Below are positions 13,117-23,398 of a DNA stretch of 64,000 nucleotides, in pieces. The notes under the pieces were generated by a model. It was given only the letters and a program-made list of their open reading frames with translations, ran no database searches and was not told the origin of the DNA. How positions within the stretch are numbered: position 1 is the stretch's first letter; each line of letters begins with the position of its first letter. Origin of the DNA: Nemertoderma westbladi (lineage: Eukaryota; Animalia; Xenacoelomorpha); NCBI GenBank assembly GCA_032718475.1, contig JAUCBJ010009097.1, positions 1-64,000 of the forward strand. Direction: 5' to 3'. A program made the translations under genes and the position numbers.

Positions 13117-15403
13117 CTATAGTATATCTACACTTCGACCCTTCTCCAGTGATCACCGCCTTATTGTGGCCAAGGTAAGACTTAGTCTGCGTGCTAGCAG
13201 AACAACGAAATCTGCCTTGCCACGGCATGACTGGTCCTCTCTGTTGCAACAGCCAAGTGTGAGATCCAGCTTCACACTACAGCTGAGCAACAGGTATGAG
13301 GCTCTTGCCTCTGAGGCGGCAGATCACTGTGAGGGCTATACTGCCTTTACAGAAGCAGTTAAGTTAGCAGCTGCAGAAACAGTTCCTGTATACCCTCGAA
13401 ACAGGAAAAGGGCCCCCTGGACTGACAACAAAATTCAGAAGTGCCGAAATGACCTTCATAAGGCGCAGAAAGAGTCCCGACTCAAACAGACTACAGCGGC
13501 CAAGAATGCAGTTAAAGCTGCATCTAGGTCCCTGAACAGGCAGTACTCTGTTAATCTACAGGAGCTAATAAACCAACAGGTTGATGCCATCAATGATGCT
13601 GACGACAGCAGGCAATCATCCCAGGCATGGAAATCGATCAATCTGCTTACTGGGCGGAAAAGCCAACCAACCACCAAGGTTAAGGCTGAATCACCAGCCG
13701 ATCGCCTCAATGGTTGGAAAGCCCACTTTGAAAAGCTCCTCAATAATGACAGGGTATTGCCTGATAACTTTATAGAAGTAAAAGTGTCTGAGTCTGTACT
13801 CCCAGATATTCCCATTGGCGATATCTCCTTTGCAGAAGTGAAGGCTGCTGCAAAGAGCATTAAGACCAATCGTGCCAGTGGAGTAGATGGTGTTCCCCCT
13901 GAGGTCTTTAAAATACCTGAGTGTTTAAAGCTCATCTATCCCATCATAGTAGACATGTACCGTACAACAAGAGTCCCACAAGAAATGAAAACAAATAAGT
14001 TGGTGCCAGTTCCCAAGAAGGGCAACCTAACACTCTATGGTTCTTTTCGGGGAATCTCATTGATCTCGATTGCTGCAAAACTATACAATAGAATTCTATT
14101 AAATCGCATCAGGGACCCCATTGAGAGACTGCTACGTGGAAATCAGAATGGGTTCCGTAAAGGTCGTGGGACCATGGAGCCCATTTTGGCACTTAGAAGG
14201 ATAATTGAAGAGTTATCAAAAAAGGAAGACAGGCATCTGGCTGTTGTCTTTGTTGACTTCTTCAAGGCCTTTGATTCAGTCTCTCGCTCACGTATGTTCA
14301 GCATACTTTCATTATATGGGATTCCTGATGAAATTATTGCAGCAATCAGATCAGTATACGATGGTTCGACAACATTTGTGTCTACTGTTGATGGTGACAC
14401 AGAACCATTTGAAGTGTTATGGGGCGTCCTCCAAGGAGACACACTTGCACCATTCTTGTTCATTATTGTGGTTGACTATGTTCTACGCATGTCCTTAGAT
14501 CATCATAATGATGATGGGGTGATGATAACTCCACCTACTGGCTCCAGAAGTCGAGGAAATCCTGCCAAGTACCTAACTGATCTAGACTTTGCTGATGACT
14601 TAGGAGTACTCTCAGAATCATTAGAGGGAGCCCAGCGGCTCCTCAGCTCATTAGAACATGCTGCTTCTAGTGTTGGTCTTTTTATTAACTCCAGAAAGAC
14701 CAAAATTCTGACAGTTAACTTTGAAAGTCCTCAGCAAGTCTCTGATCGGATGAGCATAAGCTCAAAGGATGGTATGCTTGAGCATGTGGACGACTTCTGT
14801 TACCTGGGATCATGGATCCGGAAGTCAGGTGAGGACCTTCGAATACGTAAGGGAAAGGCATGGGCAGCCTTGAATAGGCTTTCCAGGATTTGGAAGTCAC
14901 CTAGAATTAATCGGAAACTTAAGGTCCGATTATTTAGAGCAGCAGTAGTTCCAGTACTCCTCTATGGGAGTCCATGCTGGGCTCTAACTGTTGAGGACAC
15001 CAAATCTCTGGATGGCACATTCACAAGAATGCTACGCCGGGTACATTGTGTCAAGTACAATGCACACATCTCCAACCAGACACTATATAACATTGGAGGT
15101 GTCTCATTGGTTCCCCCAAGCTTGACACTAGAACAAAATCGCCTCCGCTTTGCAGGACATTGCTTTCGCCGTGAGGACCAGCCAGTGCATAATCTTGTAC
15201 TTTGGCAGCCTCATGGAGTGAATAAGCATGGTGGACAGCCCATGACTTTCTTGAGACGCATCTTAAAGGACACTGGCCTTAAAGATGCGGATGATCTAGC
15301 AAATGTCATGGGTGATAGGGAGTTGTGGCGGCGCAATTTTGTTGACAAGCCGGCACAGCATTCTTAAAAATGCAGCTGCAATGCAGCATGCCGATCCTAG
15401 TAG
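13117..15403 (+). mobile_element. 5'-truncated RTE-clade LINE inserted in the 5' leader of element A
   Basis: 13-bp TSD tatagtatatata (13104-13116, 15404-15416), (TAG)n tail, starts at the final SDH motif of the AP endonuclease. Confidence 0.92.
13166..15367 (+). CDS. RTE LINE reverse transcriptase (N-terminally truncated ORF)
   Basis: QNGFRKGRGT, FVDFFKAFDSV, GVLQGDTLAPFLF, DLDFADDL, FCYLGS motifs; open for 733 aa. Confidence 0.92.
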   Translation: MAKVRLSLRASRTTKSALPRHDWSSLLQQPSVRSSFTLQLSNRYEALASEAADHCEGYTAFTEAVKLAAAETVPVYPRNRKRAPWTDNKIQKCRNDLHKAQKESRLKQTTAAKNAVKAASRSLNRQYSVNLQELINQQVDAINDADDSRQSSQAWKSINLLTGRKSQPTTKVKAESPADRLNGWKAHFEKLLNNDRVLPDNFIEVKVSESVLPDIPIGDISFAEVKAAAKSIKTNRASGVDGVPPEVFKIPECLKLIYPIIVDMYRTTRVPQEMKTNKLVPVPKKGNLTLYGSFRGISLISIAAKLYNRILLNRIRDPIERLLRGNQNGFRKGRGTMEPILALRRIIEELSKKEDRHLAVVFVDFFKAFDSVSRSRMFSILSLYGIPDEIIAAIRSVYDGSTTFVSTVDGDTEPFEVLWGVLQGDTLAPFLFIIVVDYVLRMSLDHHNDDGVMITPPTGSRSRGNPAKYLTDLDFADDLGVLSESLEGAQRLLSSLEHAASSVGLFINSRKTKILTVNFESPQQVSDRMSISSKDGMLEHVDDFCYLGSWIRKSGEDLRIRKGKAWAALNRLSRIWKSPRINRKLKVRLFRAAVVPVLLYGSPCWALTVEDTKSLDGTFTRMLRRVHCVKYNAHISNQTLYNIGGVSLVPPSLTLEQNRLRFAGHCFRREDQPVHNLVLWQPHGVNKHGGQPMTFLRRILKDTGLKDADDLANVMGDRELWRRNFVDKPAQHS

Positions 15404-16464
15404 TATAGTATATATAAGTATAATTATGAACTAGAATTAATTACAGAGTACCGGTATATTTTCAGCCTAAATTTATAGAAATAAATATAATAAGCTTATG
15501 GTAAATACCGGTATGTCAATTATTTTAGAATAATTGAATTTCTGAAATTTTAGGGGTTACTTGGTTACTTTGCTTACTTTATTACCGTTGTTTAAGCAGT
15601 GGTCCAACTGATTAAGACCTAATTGTTGTATGGCAGGCCTACTATTTATAAATCGTTTGAGTTGATTTATAATATATATATACCGGTTTAATGGGTTTTT
15701 GTCAATATTTGAAATAAATGTTATTATTTCTGGGGGGAGTCACTACACAGAAGCGGTGCGCTCTCAGTGAAGTGCTACTTGTTGGACACTAAAACAAATA
15801 ATTCTAATTTACCTAAGTTACTTAATACTACAAATTACGTACAATTCGGGGTGAGATTACAATCTCTAAATAAACACAAAAATTACAAGTACGAATTTTT
15901 TAGGGTAATTTTACAGGGAATCTACAAACCAGCCTAACAAAGGGTTAGAAAATCTGGTTATAACAACGGACAGGATATTACGGTATTTGAAAATAATAAA
16001 CCAGTAGTAAATATATTGCATTGTCCAGATAGGAAAAATACCACCGTCTGACGACTTATAGCCGTATCGCTATAAGTACTACGTTATGTATCACGGAGTG
16101 TCCCTACCTGGAAGTTAATTACCGCGGCCTACCAGAGCCAACGTGCCTATTAACCACTTTACAACACAAATATACTGCCTACACACTAATTACCTTCGGA
16201 AAGCACTGTACACTAAACCCTAAATTAGGTACAAGTACTTGTACAACAAATAATCAGTAGTTAAAATACTTGAACAGCTAAAAGAACCACGGTATCTGCC
16301 GGAGTGACCAAAGCACAAAATCTCTAGTCTTTACCTACGCCAAGCAGCCCTGATGTAGTACCGGGGTTAGTTTAACTATAACGGTATGTATAACAAGCAC
16401 AATTACTGTAGGAATAAACTTGGGGATATGAATGTTGCGAATAATCGCATAAACTCTGAATAAT

Positions 16465-17040
16465 AAATATTACGCTACTCGTACAGACTACTCAAACAAA
16501 ATGCAGACCAAATACTGACAGACTACTATCAAGCCTAAACAAACTAAGGTATATGCAGACTCCGAAATGGTTAGTTAGTATGCGTTCTAACCGAGTAGTA
16601 CGACTTATTCTTTCAAAGGGGGTTTACCTCACAGCACTGGAAGCCCCTACGTTCCCAACTGGCACTTTATCAGACCTACACTCTACACACACCGAAATCT
16701 CCTCAGACCTAATATCAGCTAGGCAAAATCCAGCCTACAAATTATCTAAGTGAGAAATATTACGCTACCCGTACAAACTACACAAACAAAATACAGACCA
16801 AACGCTGGCAGACTACTATCAAGCCTAAATACACTACAGTATATGCAGACTCCGAAATGGTTAGTTAGTATGCGTTCTAACCGAGTAGTACGACTTATTC
16901 TTTCGAGGGGGTTCACCTCACAGCACTGGCAGCCCCTACTTTCCTAACTAGTACTTTTTCGGACATACGCTCTACACACACTACAGTCTCTTCAGACTTA
17001 ACAACAGTCAGACAACAGTCCAGCCTACAAATTATCTATA
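16465..17040. repeat. 290-bp tandem duplication in the element A leader
   Basis: atgcagactccgaaatggttagttagtatgcg at 16553 and 16843; flanking sequence collinear. Confidence 0.85.
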
Positions 17041-17309
17041 CAATCTGAGCAGGCTTACACGCCTTCTGCTCAATATTAGCCTACAAATAAATAAAACTTG
17101 ACAGAAACAAGTAAAATCTCAATAAAAAACCAGGGCGGCCGTCCCTGATTAATTATTAAGGCCTACTGGTATATAATTATCAAAATCGAATAATACTGCT
17201 GTACTTGTACTGTTGTAAGTACCGGTCCGGATGATCAGGCAGTCAGGCCTACAGGTTACCGGTCGACCGGTACTTTCGACTTGATTGCTTACGCCGCAAT
17301 CTAGAAGCT

Positions 17310-17320
17310 ATAACTGTTAC
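17310..17320 (-). promoter_or_regulatory. Non-tRNA primer-binding-site position of element A (GTAACAGTTAT on -)
   Basis: Abuts the 5' LTR, has no TGG, and is an exact 11-nt complement of LTR positions 18038-18048. Confidence 0.6.
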
Positions 17321-18476
17321 TGTTCGCGCTTTTAAGACCTTTGGCAGTTTAACCCGCCAAATCTATATGTCTTCTACGTTATAAATCAACTTTAGCCTAT
17401 GACAAGTATTTGACACAAATAAATCCAACATTAGCCGAAGCCAGTCTATGCGCGACCATTCACCCGCTGGATATACCCGGGAGACTGGATTCGGATGCTT
17501 TAATTTGATTGCAGTGCAGGCCTACCGTACTATTCGATTGATCGTTAATATAATTCCTGACAAATATCATTCACTTTCGGGAAATATTAGCAGTTCCTTT
17601 AGGACGTGGCGCTCTATCTATATACACAGAGCTATGGCTTACACTAAACACAACGGAATGGATTATAAGTTACACATAAAGGCGCATTCTTTAGGAGATG
17701 CTTTGTTACGCGGACAAGCACATACAGACTATTGCACACCGCTGCACACTGAATTGCCGATAGTCACTGATTTTAATCATATATAAAGAGAATAGCAACC
17801 GACATTTGTAGGGCCTATAAAATAGCATTCAATTCACTACAAACCACGATAATATAAGTAGCAATTGTTATATGTAACCGGTCTCTCTAACCTTAGTGTA
17901 TCAAGAAGATCGGAGTTTCTGATCGTTTATCGTTATTCTCCAAATAACAATATGTAAACAACTGATACAATTAATAACAAACAGTAAATAACAGTAAATA
18001 ATGTGCAATACGTGCCGTACCGTACCGTACCGTACCGGTAACAGTTATGTGTTCTTATAATTAAAGCCGTTCTAATGTTGGAATAAAACAGAATAATTCC
18101 ATAGCCGATGTTCATGGCATCAGGAAAACCAACACACTGAACCCTGTGAGCTGTTGCAGGTAGCTTTCAACACAAAGAGGAAAAGCTCTCATTGGCAGAG
18201 TTCCAGTTTCTATAAGTTCCATGAATGTCTAAATGCCAAACCTCCCTAGCCTTCGCAGCCCATAGCCAACACAAGGCTAAATCGCTCTGATTGATCGATC
18301 ATTGTTCTGATTGGTTAATCGAACGGAACAAAGAGGCTACACAAGCACAGCAAATCAGCCAACCAGAGGGCGGATTGTGCCACTAGAAGCAACAGTTTAG
18401 AGGATTTGAGCGAATGGGGGAAAACTGGATTATTACGAATGGAAAAGGCCAGTTATATCCCCCAAAAGCTTTTACA
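17321..18476 (-). repeat. 5' LTR of element A (1156 bp)
   Basis: Near-identical to 3741-4895; followed by TSD AAAGG. Confidence 0.95.
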
Positions 18477-18864
18477 AAAGGGCTAATTAATACAACAACT
18501 ATTTATAGTAAGTCGGAGCCCCCCCCCCCCCATCCCCCACCCCACCCCCCACCACCCCCCCCCCCATCCCCCCCCCCCCACCCCCGCCCCCATCCCCCCC
18601 CATCCCCCATTTTCTTATAATGTATAATATATAATCTATTTCTCATCTTCTGTTGCCATGCTGCATCGCAGCAGAATTACATTGAAATATCGCAGATAGG
18701 GGGGGGGGTGGGGGGGGGACTGGACGCAATAAAAATGCATTCCTCTCCAGGGGAAATTCGACGCAAATAACAGATGATTACTCTCAAAAATAAAACTGTA
18801 ACCGGTTTTGCGTTTTTTGCTGTAAACTGTAACGGGTTTTGCGTCGAGTTTTCCCCCCCTGTCT

Positions 18865-19020
18865 CAAATATCGAGAGTAAAGATATCGAGAGTTGAAAAA
18901 TATCGAGAGTAAAAATATCGAGTGTTGAAAAATGTAGAGAGTAAAAATATTGAGAGTAAAATATCGAAAGTAAAAATATCAAGAGTAAAAATTCGAGAGT
19001 AATAATATTGCGAGTAAAAA
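18865..19020. repeat. Short tandem array of aaaatatcgagagta-like units
   Basis: About 10 degenerate 15-17-bp units visible. Confidence 0.8.
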
Positions 19021-19659
19021 TTTTGTGTGAAATTAATTTAGAAATATGGCACTCCAGTGCATTAGGCTAAGCGAGATACGTCATGAATTTAGGATTTTGC
19101 CCACAACTTCAGATCTGAACCATTGTTGGTTTTTTATAAGTATTTGGTTGAGTAGTCATTCAGAAAAATTCCCTCAAAAATTTCGTCGTGGGGAAATTTT
19201 TTTACAGACCCTTAAACATAGCAACGGAGACCTTTTGCATAGCTACGCCTATCATGCAATAACTGTCGCTTAGAAATTATAGCTACTGTAGTCGGTGTAT
19301 CCGATGTAACTAATTTATACTGGTGAAACCATTTTTTTTTTCGTCCATAGCAACCAGGTGAAAAATGACTACAAAGTTAGTTACTTTTATAATGTGCATA
19401 GCAAAGGCCCTTTCCCTGGTTCCAGAAAATTCCAATCGACTTCTAGACCGACTATATCGACTATAACGAACAATATACAGATATTTTCATTTTCTATTTT
19501 GCATAGCAACTGGTCAAATGTGCATAGCAACGAGCTCATAATGGACACAGAAACTTCGAAATAATTAATGCCTGTACCCGATATATTGATAATGTTGAAC
19601 AATATGCACTCATTTTTAAAATAATGTTGTGTTTATGTGTGCATTGTACTTGACTTGGC

Positions 19660-19797
19660 TTGGGGAACCAATGAGACACCTCCAATGTTATATAGTGTCT
19701 GGTTGGAGATGTGTGCATTGTACTTGACACAATGAACCCGGCGTAGCATTCTTGTTAATGTGCCATCCAGAGATTTCGTGTCCTCGGCAGTTAGAGC
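19660..19797 (-). mobile_element. Internal RTE fragment
   Basis: Reverse complement of about 14980-15120. Confidence 0.8.
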
Positions 19798-20832
19798 TTC
19801 TTGTGTAAGATTTCGATTACAAATTACAAATATTAATTAAATTAATTATTGAGGTTGAGCTGCTGGTAATACAACTGTTAAACACTTTATGTTCAATTTC
19901 TAAGGCGCTTAAATATAGACGAAGTAAAATGAATTTCATATAAATTAAAAAAAAAAAGAAAAAAAAACTCATAAACACTCTTTTTATCATCGATCGTAGA
20001 AAATCATTTCTGGGAGGGTAATTTATTGAAATGTTTTCCCTATCCGCCTGGGTAAACGGCCCCTGAGAGCAGTTCTTTTACTCTTCTATGGATATAATTT
20101 GATGGATAAATAATTAAGATAAAACAATGGTTCCATATTATTTTCATCAAAGACATGATTTATGAAAACGATAATATTGTTAACAAACAAGAATTTACCA
20201 CAAAACAATATTGTAATGGTAGTTAAATTACGTGGCTCCAAATATAATTATTCGCTAACACTTTTCTTCTGTTATATTTAGTTACTTTAACTACTTAACT
20301 ATTTACTTGGATGGTTATTAATAGCGATTTTTATTGAGCAGTGCACTAACTGCTTATTGTAATTATAGAATGTTTAATTATTAATGATAAATGTTTGGTT
20401 ATATAACTTTTATACAAAATGTAATTTTTATTTCAAGGTGTAATAAATAACTGCTGAAAATAAAGTGGGCCATTCTTTCTCTTATTTAGGACACTTTCTC
20501 ATAAGGGGCCATCCATAAATGACGTCACGTTTTTTAGAGACATTGTTGACCCCCTCACCCCCTTTCGTCACAAATCGTCACTAAATGGCTACCCCCCCCC
20601 CTCCCCAATGTCACGTCACACTATATAAAATTAAGTGATTACTCTTATATTATTAGAACAATAAATCTGGAATAAATTTGTCAACTATAAACTATAGATA
20701 TAAACTAATATTACAAATTACAGTAATACGAGTTTTTCAGACATGCTCCCATGGGCACTGCATAGGTGGTCTGTCATGCTTATAATGGCCATTGGTGGGA
20801 CATCAGCTACTGGGTATGTGTTCGCAGGGGAT

Positions 20833-21100
20833 CGACCTCCGCTTTGCAGGACATTGCTTTCGCCGTGAAAACCAGCCAGTGCATAATCTTGTGCTTTGAC
20901 AGCCTCATGGAGTGAATAAGCATGGTGGTCAGCCCATGACTTTCTTGCGACGCAATTTAAAGGACACTGGACTTGAAGATGCGGATGATCTAGCAAATGT
21001 CGTGGGTGATAGGGAGTTGTGGTGGCGCAATTTTGTCGACAAGCCGGAACAGCATTCTTAAAAATGCAGCTGCAATGCAGCATGCCGATCCTAGTAGTAG
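20833..21100 (+). mobile_element. Short 5'-truncated RTE copy
   Basis: Matches 15140-15403 with small indels, (TAG)3 tail, 11-bp TSD tcgcaggggat (20822-20832, 21101-21111). Confidence 0.9.
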
Positions 21101-21346
21101 TCGCAGGGGATTGATAATCAACACGGGTTTTGGAACTACCGCTACCATGAAGGTATGTAAGATTTTTAGTAAAAATTTCGATGCAAAAAGATGACATTCT
21201 TTAAAAACACGCTCTCTAATTTTACCAATTATGGAAGGGCAGTAGAGGTCGTAAGGTAAGATTTTAATGGTTATCATTGGAAGAGGTAATAGTTTAACAG
21301 TAAACACGTTAATAGTATACAAGTATACACATGTATTTAATATATA

Positions 21347-22956
21347 TGTTCGCGGTATTTCAACTTTCCATAACGCGAGTTGAATATTTTTGTATTTATT
21401 TAAAATTGATTATTCCGATATTACTACTGGGTGCGGGACCATGGGTTTTGGGCACATTCAATAAACTGGGGGCGATTTATGGGCGAACTTTGGGGCAACT
21501 TACAGGGTACGGGAATAATTTCATAGTTATAAGGGCCAGGGGGGGATGGAAAATGCAAGCAGTATTCAGGTTAGCCTGAGTACTATTAGGCCCTGGCCAA
21601 CTTCCTGCTGCCTGTAGGGGTGGATTTGGTAATGCGCCAGGCCTAAAGGACAAGGACTGCCCTTAGCGGTCCCTGGCCAACAGCAGCTATTACGAGACTG
21701 AAAAGAACTCGGACCGCTGACTGCTTGTGTCAGGGATTTGCGACGGGAAACGACGGCCCCTTAGTAGCCAAGCCGTTCTGGTTCTCGATGATCGAACCCT
21801 TCGGGGTTTGTGAGGGGTGGAGCGGACACGCGAACGGGTGGCCAACTAACGACTGCCCCCTGAGCTAAGCCGTACTGGTTCTCGATGACCGATCCCTTCG
21901 GGGTTCGCGAGGGGTGGGACGGACATGCGAAAGGGCTGGCCACAGGACGGGTTTGACGAGGACTGCCCTTAGCGGTCTCTGGTCAACGGCAGCTACTACG
22001 AGACTGAAAAGAACTCGGAACGCTGACTGCTTGTACCGGGATCTGCGACGGGAACCGACGACAGACCCCTTAGCCAAGCCGTACTGGTTCTCGATGATCG
22101 TTCCCTTCGGGGTTCGTGAGGGGTGGAACGGACACGCGATGGGGTCGAAAGACAAAGGACTAGACTCTACTGGCCTACCGACTGTTCGGAGCAGTTTCTC
22201 GGCTGCCGAAGCGACTACGAGCCTGAAAGGGACTCGGAAAGCCTAGGTGGTTGGGTTTCTGCGATGAACCGACGGACCCCTAGCCAAGCCGTTCTGGTTC
22301 TCGATGATCGTTCCCTTCGGGGTTCGTGAGGGGTGGAACGGACACGCGAACGGGTCCACCGACACAACAGACTCCTAGCTAAGCCGTATTGGTTCTCGAT
22401 GACCGATCCCTTCGGGGTTCGAGAGGGGCGGTACGGATACGCGACAGAGTCTACCGACTGGACCGACCCTTAGCCAAGCCGTGCTGGTTCTCGATGATCG
22501 TTCCCTTCGGGGTTCGTGAGGGGTGGAACGGACACGCGACAGGGTCGACCGACACCGACACTACGGCACTAAGACTAGGACCAAGGGAAAATCTGGGGAA
22601 CATTAGGTAGGCTAAAATCTGAGCGAACAGTGGGTAATTAAATAATATACCGTAGGGATTTATATTATCGTGTATAATTATTGTGAATATTTGGTGTATA
22701 TTGATTTGGGGAAGCCCAAAATTATTCTTAATCAGGGTTCAACAGGGTTCAATATTGTTGACCAGGTTCAACAGAGTTCAGTTACATTAAAGAGTATATC
22801 CAACTAATGCAGCTTTTTCTCAACCGCAACCCTGCATCTCAGAAATCATTCCTTCTCCAAAATCAATATCCGGTGACTGGCCGGGGCTCAGTGGTCTGTA
22901 AAGTCACGTCTCCAGCATCGGCGTTTTTCCCCCCTGGTGTTGGGATAACGGCAACA
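21347..22956 (+). repeat. 5' LTR of element B (1610 bp)
   Basis: About 7 substitutions plus one G-run indel versus the 3' LTR, counted by eye. Confidence 0.97.
21666..22547 (+). ncRNA. Array of two putative structured RNA modules in U3 (order B-A-A-B-A-B-A-A-A); duplicated at about 34149-35030
   Basis: Module A (6x): ccgtNNt-ggttctc-GAT-GA-N-cgNNccc-TTCG-gggttcg-N-GA-gggg-N-ggNacgg. Module B (3x): ta-cgag-Nct-GAAA-RgR-a-ctcg-gaa. Compensatory changes occur between copies. Confidence 0.7.
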
Positions 22957-22958
22957 AA

Positions 22959-22971
22959 ATTAAGAATAATT
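22959..22971 (+). promoter_or_regulatory. Non-tRNA primer-binding-site position of element B (ATTAAGAATAATT)
   Basis: 2 nt after the LTR end, has no TGG, and is an exact 13-nt complement of LTR positions 22720-22732. Confidence 0.65.
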
Positions 22972-23206
22972 AATGCGGTTAATTTTGACAGGGTGTCAAA
23001 ATTAAGAATAATTACGGTCAACTTCAACTGGTGGAAGTTGAGAATCCTTCAATACTCTTCAAAACTCTCTACGTGCTTGCCAGCACCCACTACGAGGAAA
23101 CTCTGGTATTTGAGTTGAGACAAAGTCGTGGTTTAATTAATCAACAAACTCGATCTAACCAACTCGTAGTCGGCAGATCACATATTTGGAGAGTTGTTAA
23201 CAGGGA

Positions 23207-23398
23207 ATGGAAGTATCGATCACACCCATTGATATAATCCAAGTTGAGCCAGGAATCTGGCACGTCGAAGTTGAAGTACAAGGAACGAACGTCGGACGAT
23301 TCAGGATTACCGTTCGGGTGGTCCAAGCTGAGTACAATACCTACGAGGAACTGTTTTATGACATCGCGTATCTAGCTATCGACGAGGCGTTACAATGA
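23207..23398 (+). CDS. Small upstream ORF (63 aa) overlapping the ORF1 start via ATGA
   Basis: ATG start, protein-like alternating hydrophobic pattern, stop TGA overlaps the ATG at 23395. Confidence 0.4.
   Translation: MEVSITPIDIIQVEPGIWHVEVEVQGTNVGRFRITVRVVQAEYNTYEELFYDIAYLAIDEALQ

Larger units (their letters stand above)
3741..18476 (-). mobile_element. Non-autonomous BEL/Pao LTR retrotransposon (element A): Gag + protease, RT/RH/IN deleted; carries a nested RTE
   Basis: Direct LTRs 3741-4895 and 17321-18476 with TG..CA ends. 5-bp TSD AAAGG (3736-3740, 18477-18481). Purine tract gggagcgg on - next to the 3' LTR. BEL-type Gag and protease on -. Confidence 0.93.

Noticed and set aside
21666-22547. 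CRISPR array or SECIS array in the LTR
   Set aside because: Eukaryotic LTR context, no unique equal-length spacers and no cas genes. The AUGA/GA core resembles SECIS, but the upper helix is only about 7 bp with a UUCG loop, has no apical AA, and no in-frame UGA is needed.
21761-22610. Short ORFs in the element B LTRs (also 34244-35093)
   Set aside because: By-products of GC-rich repeats in several frames and strands, with no domain signal.
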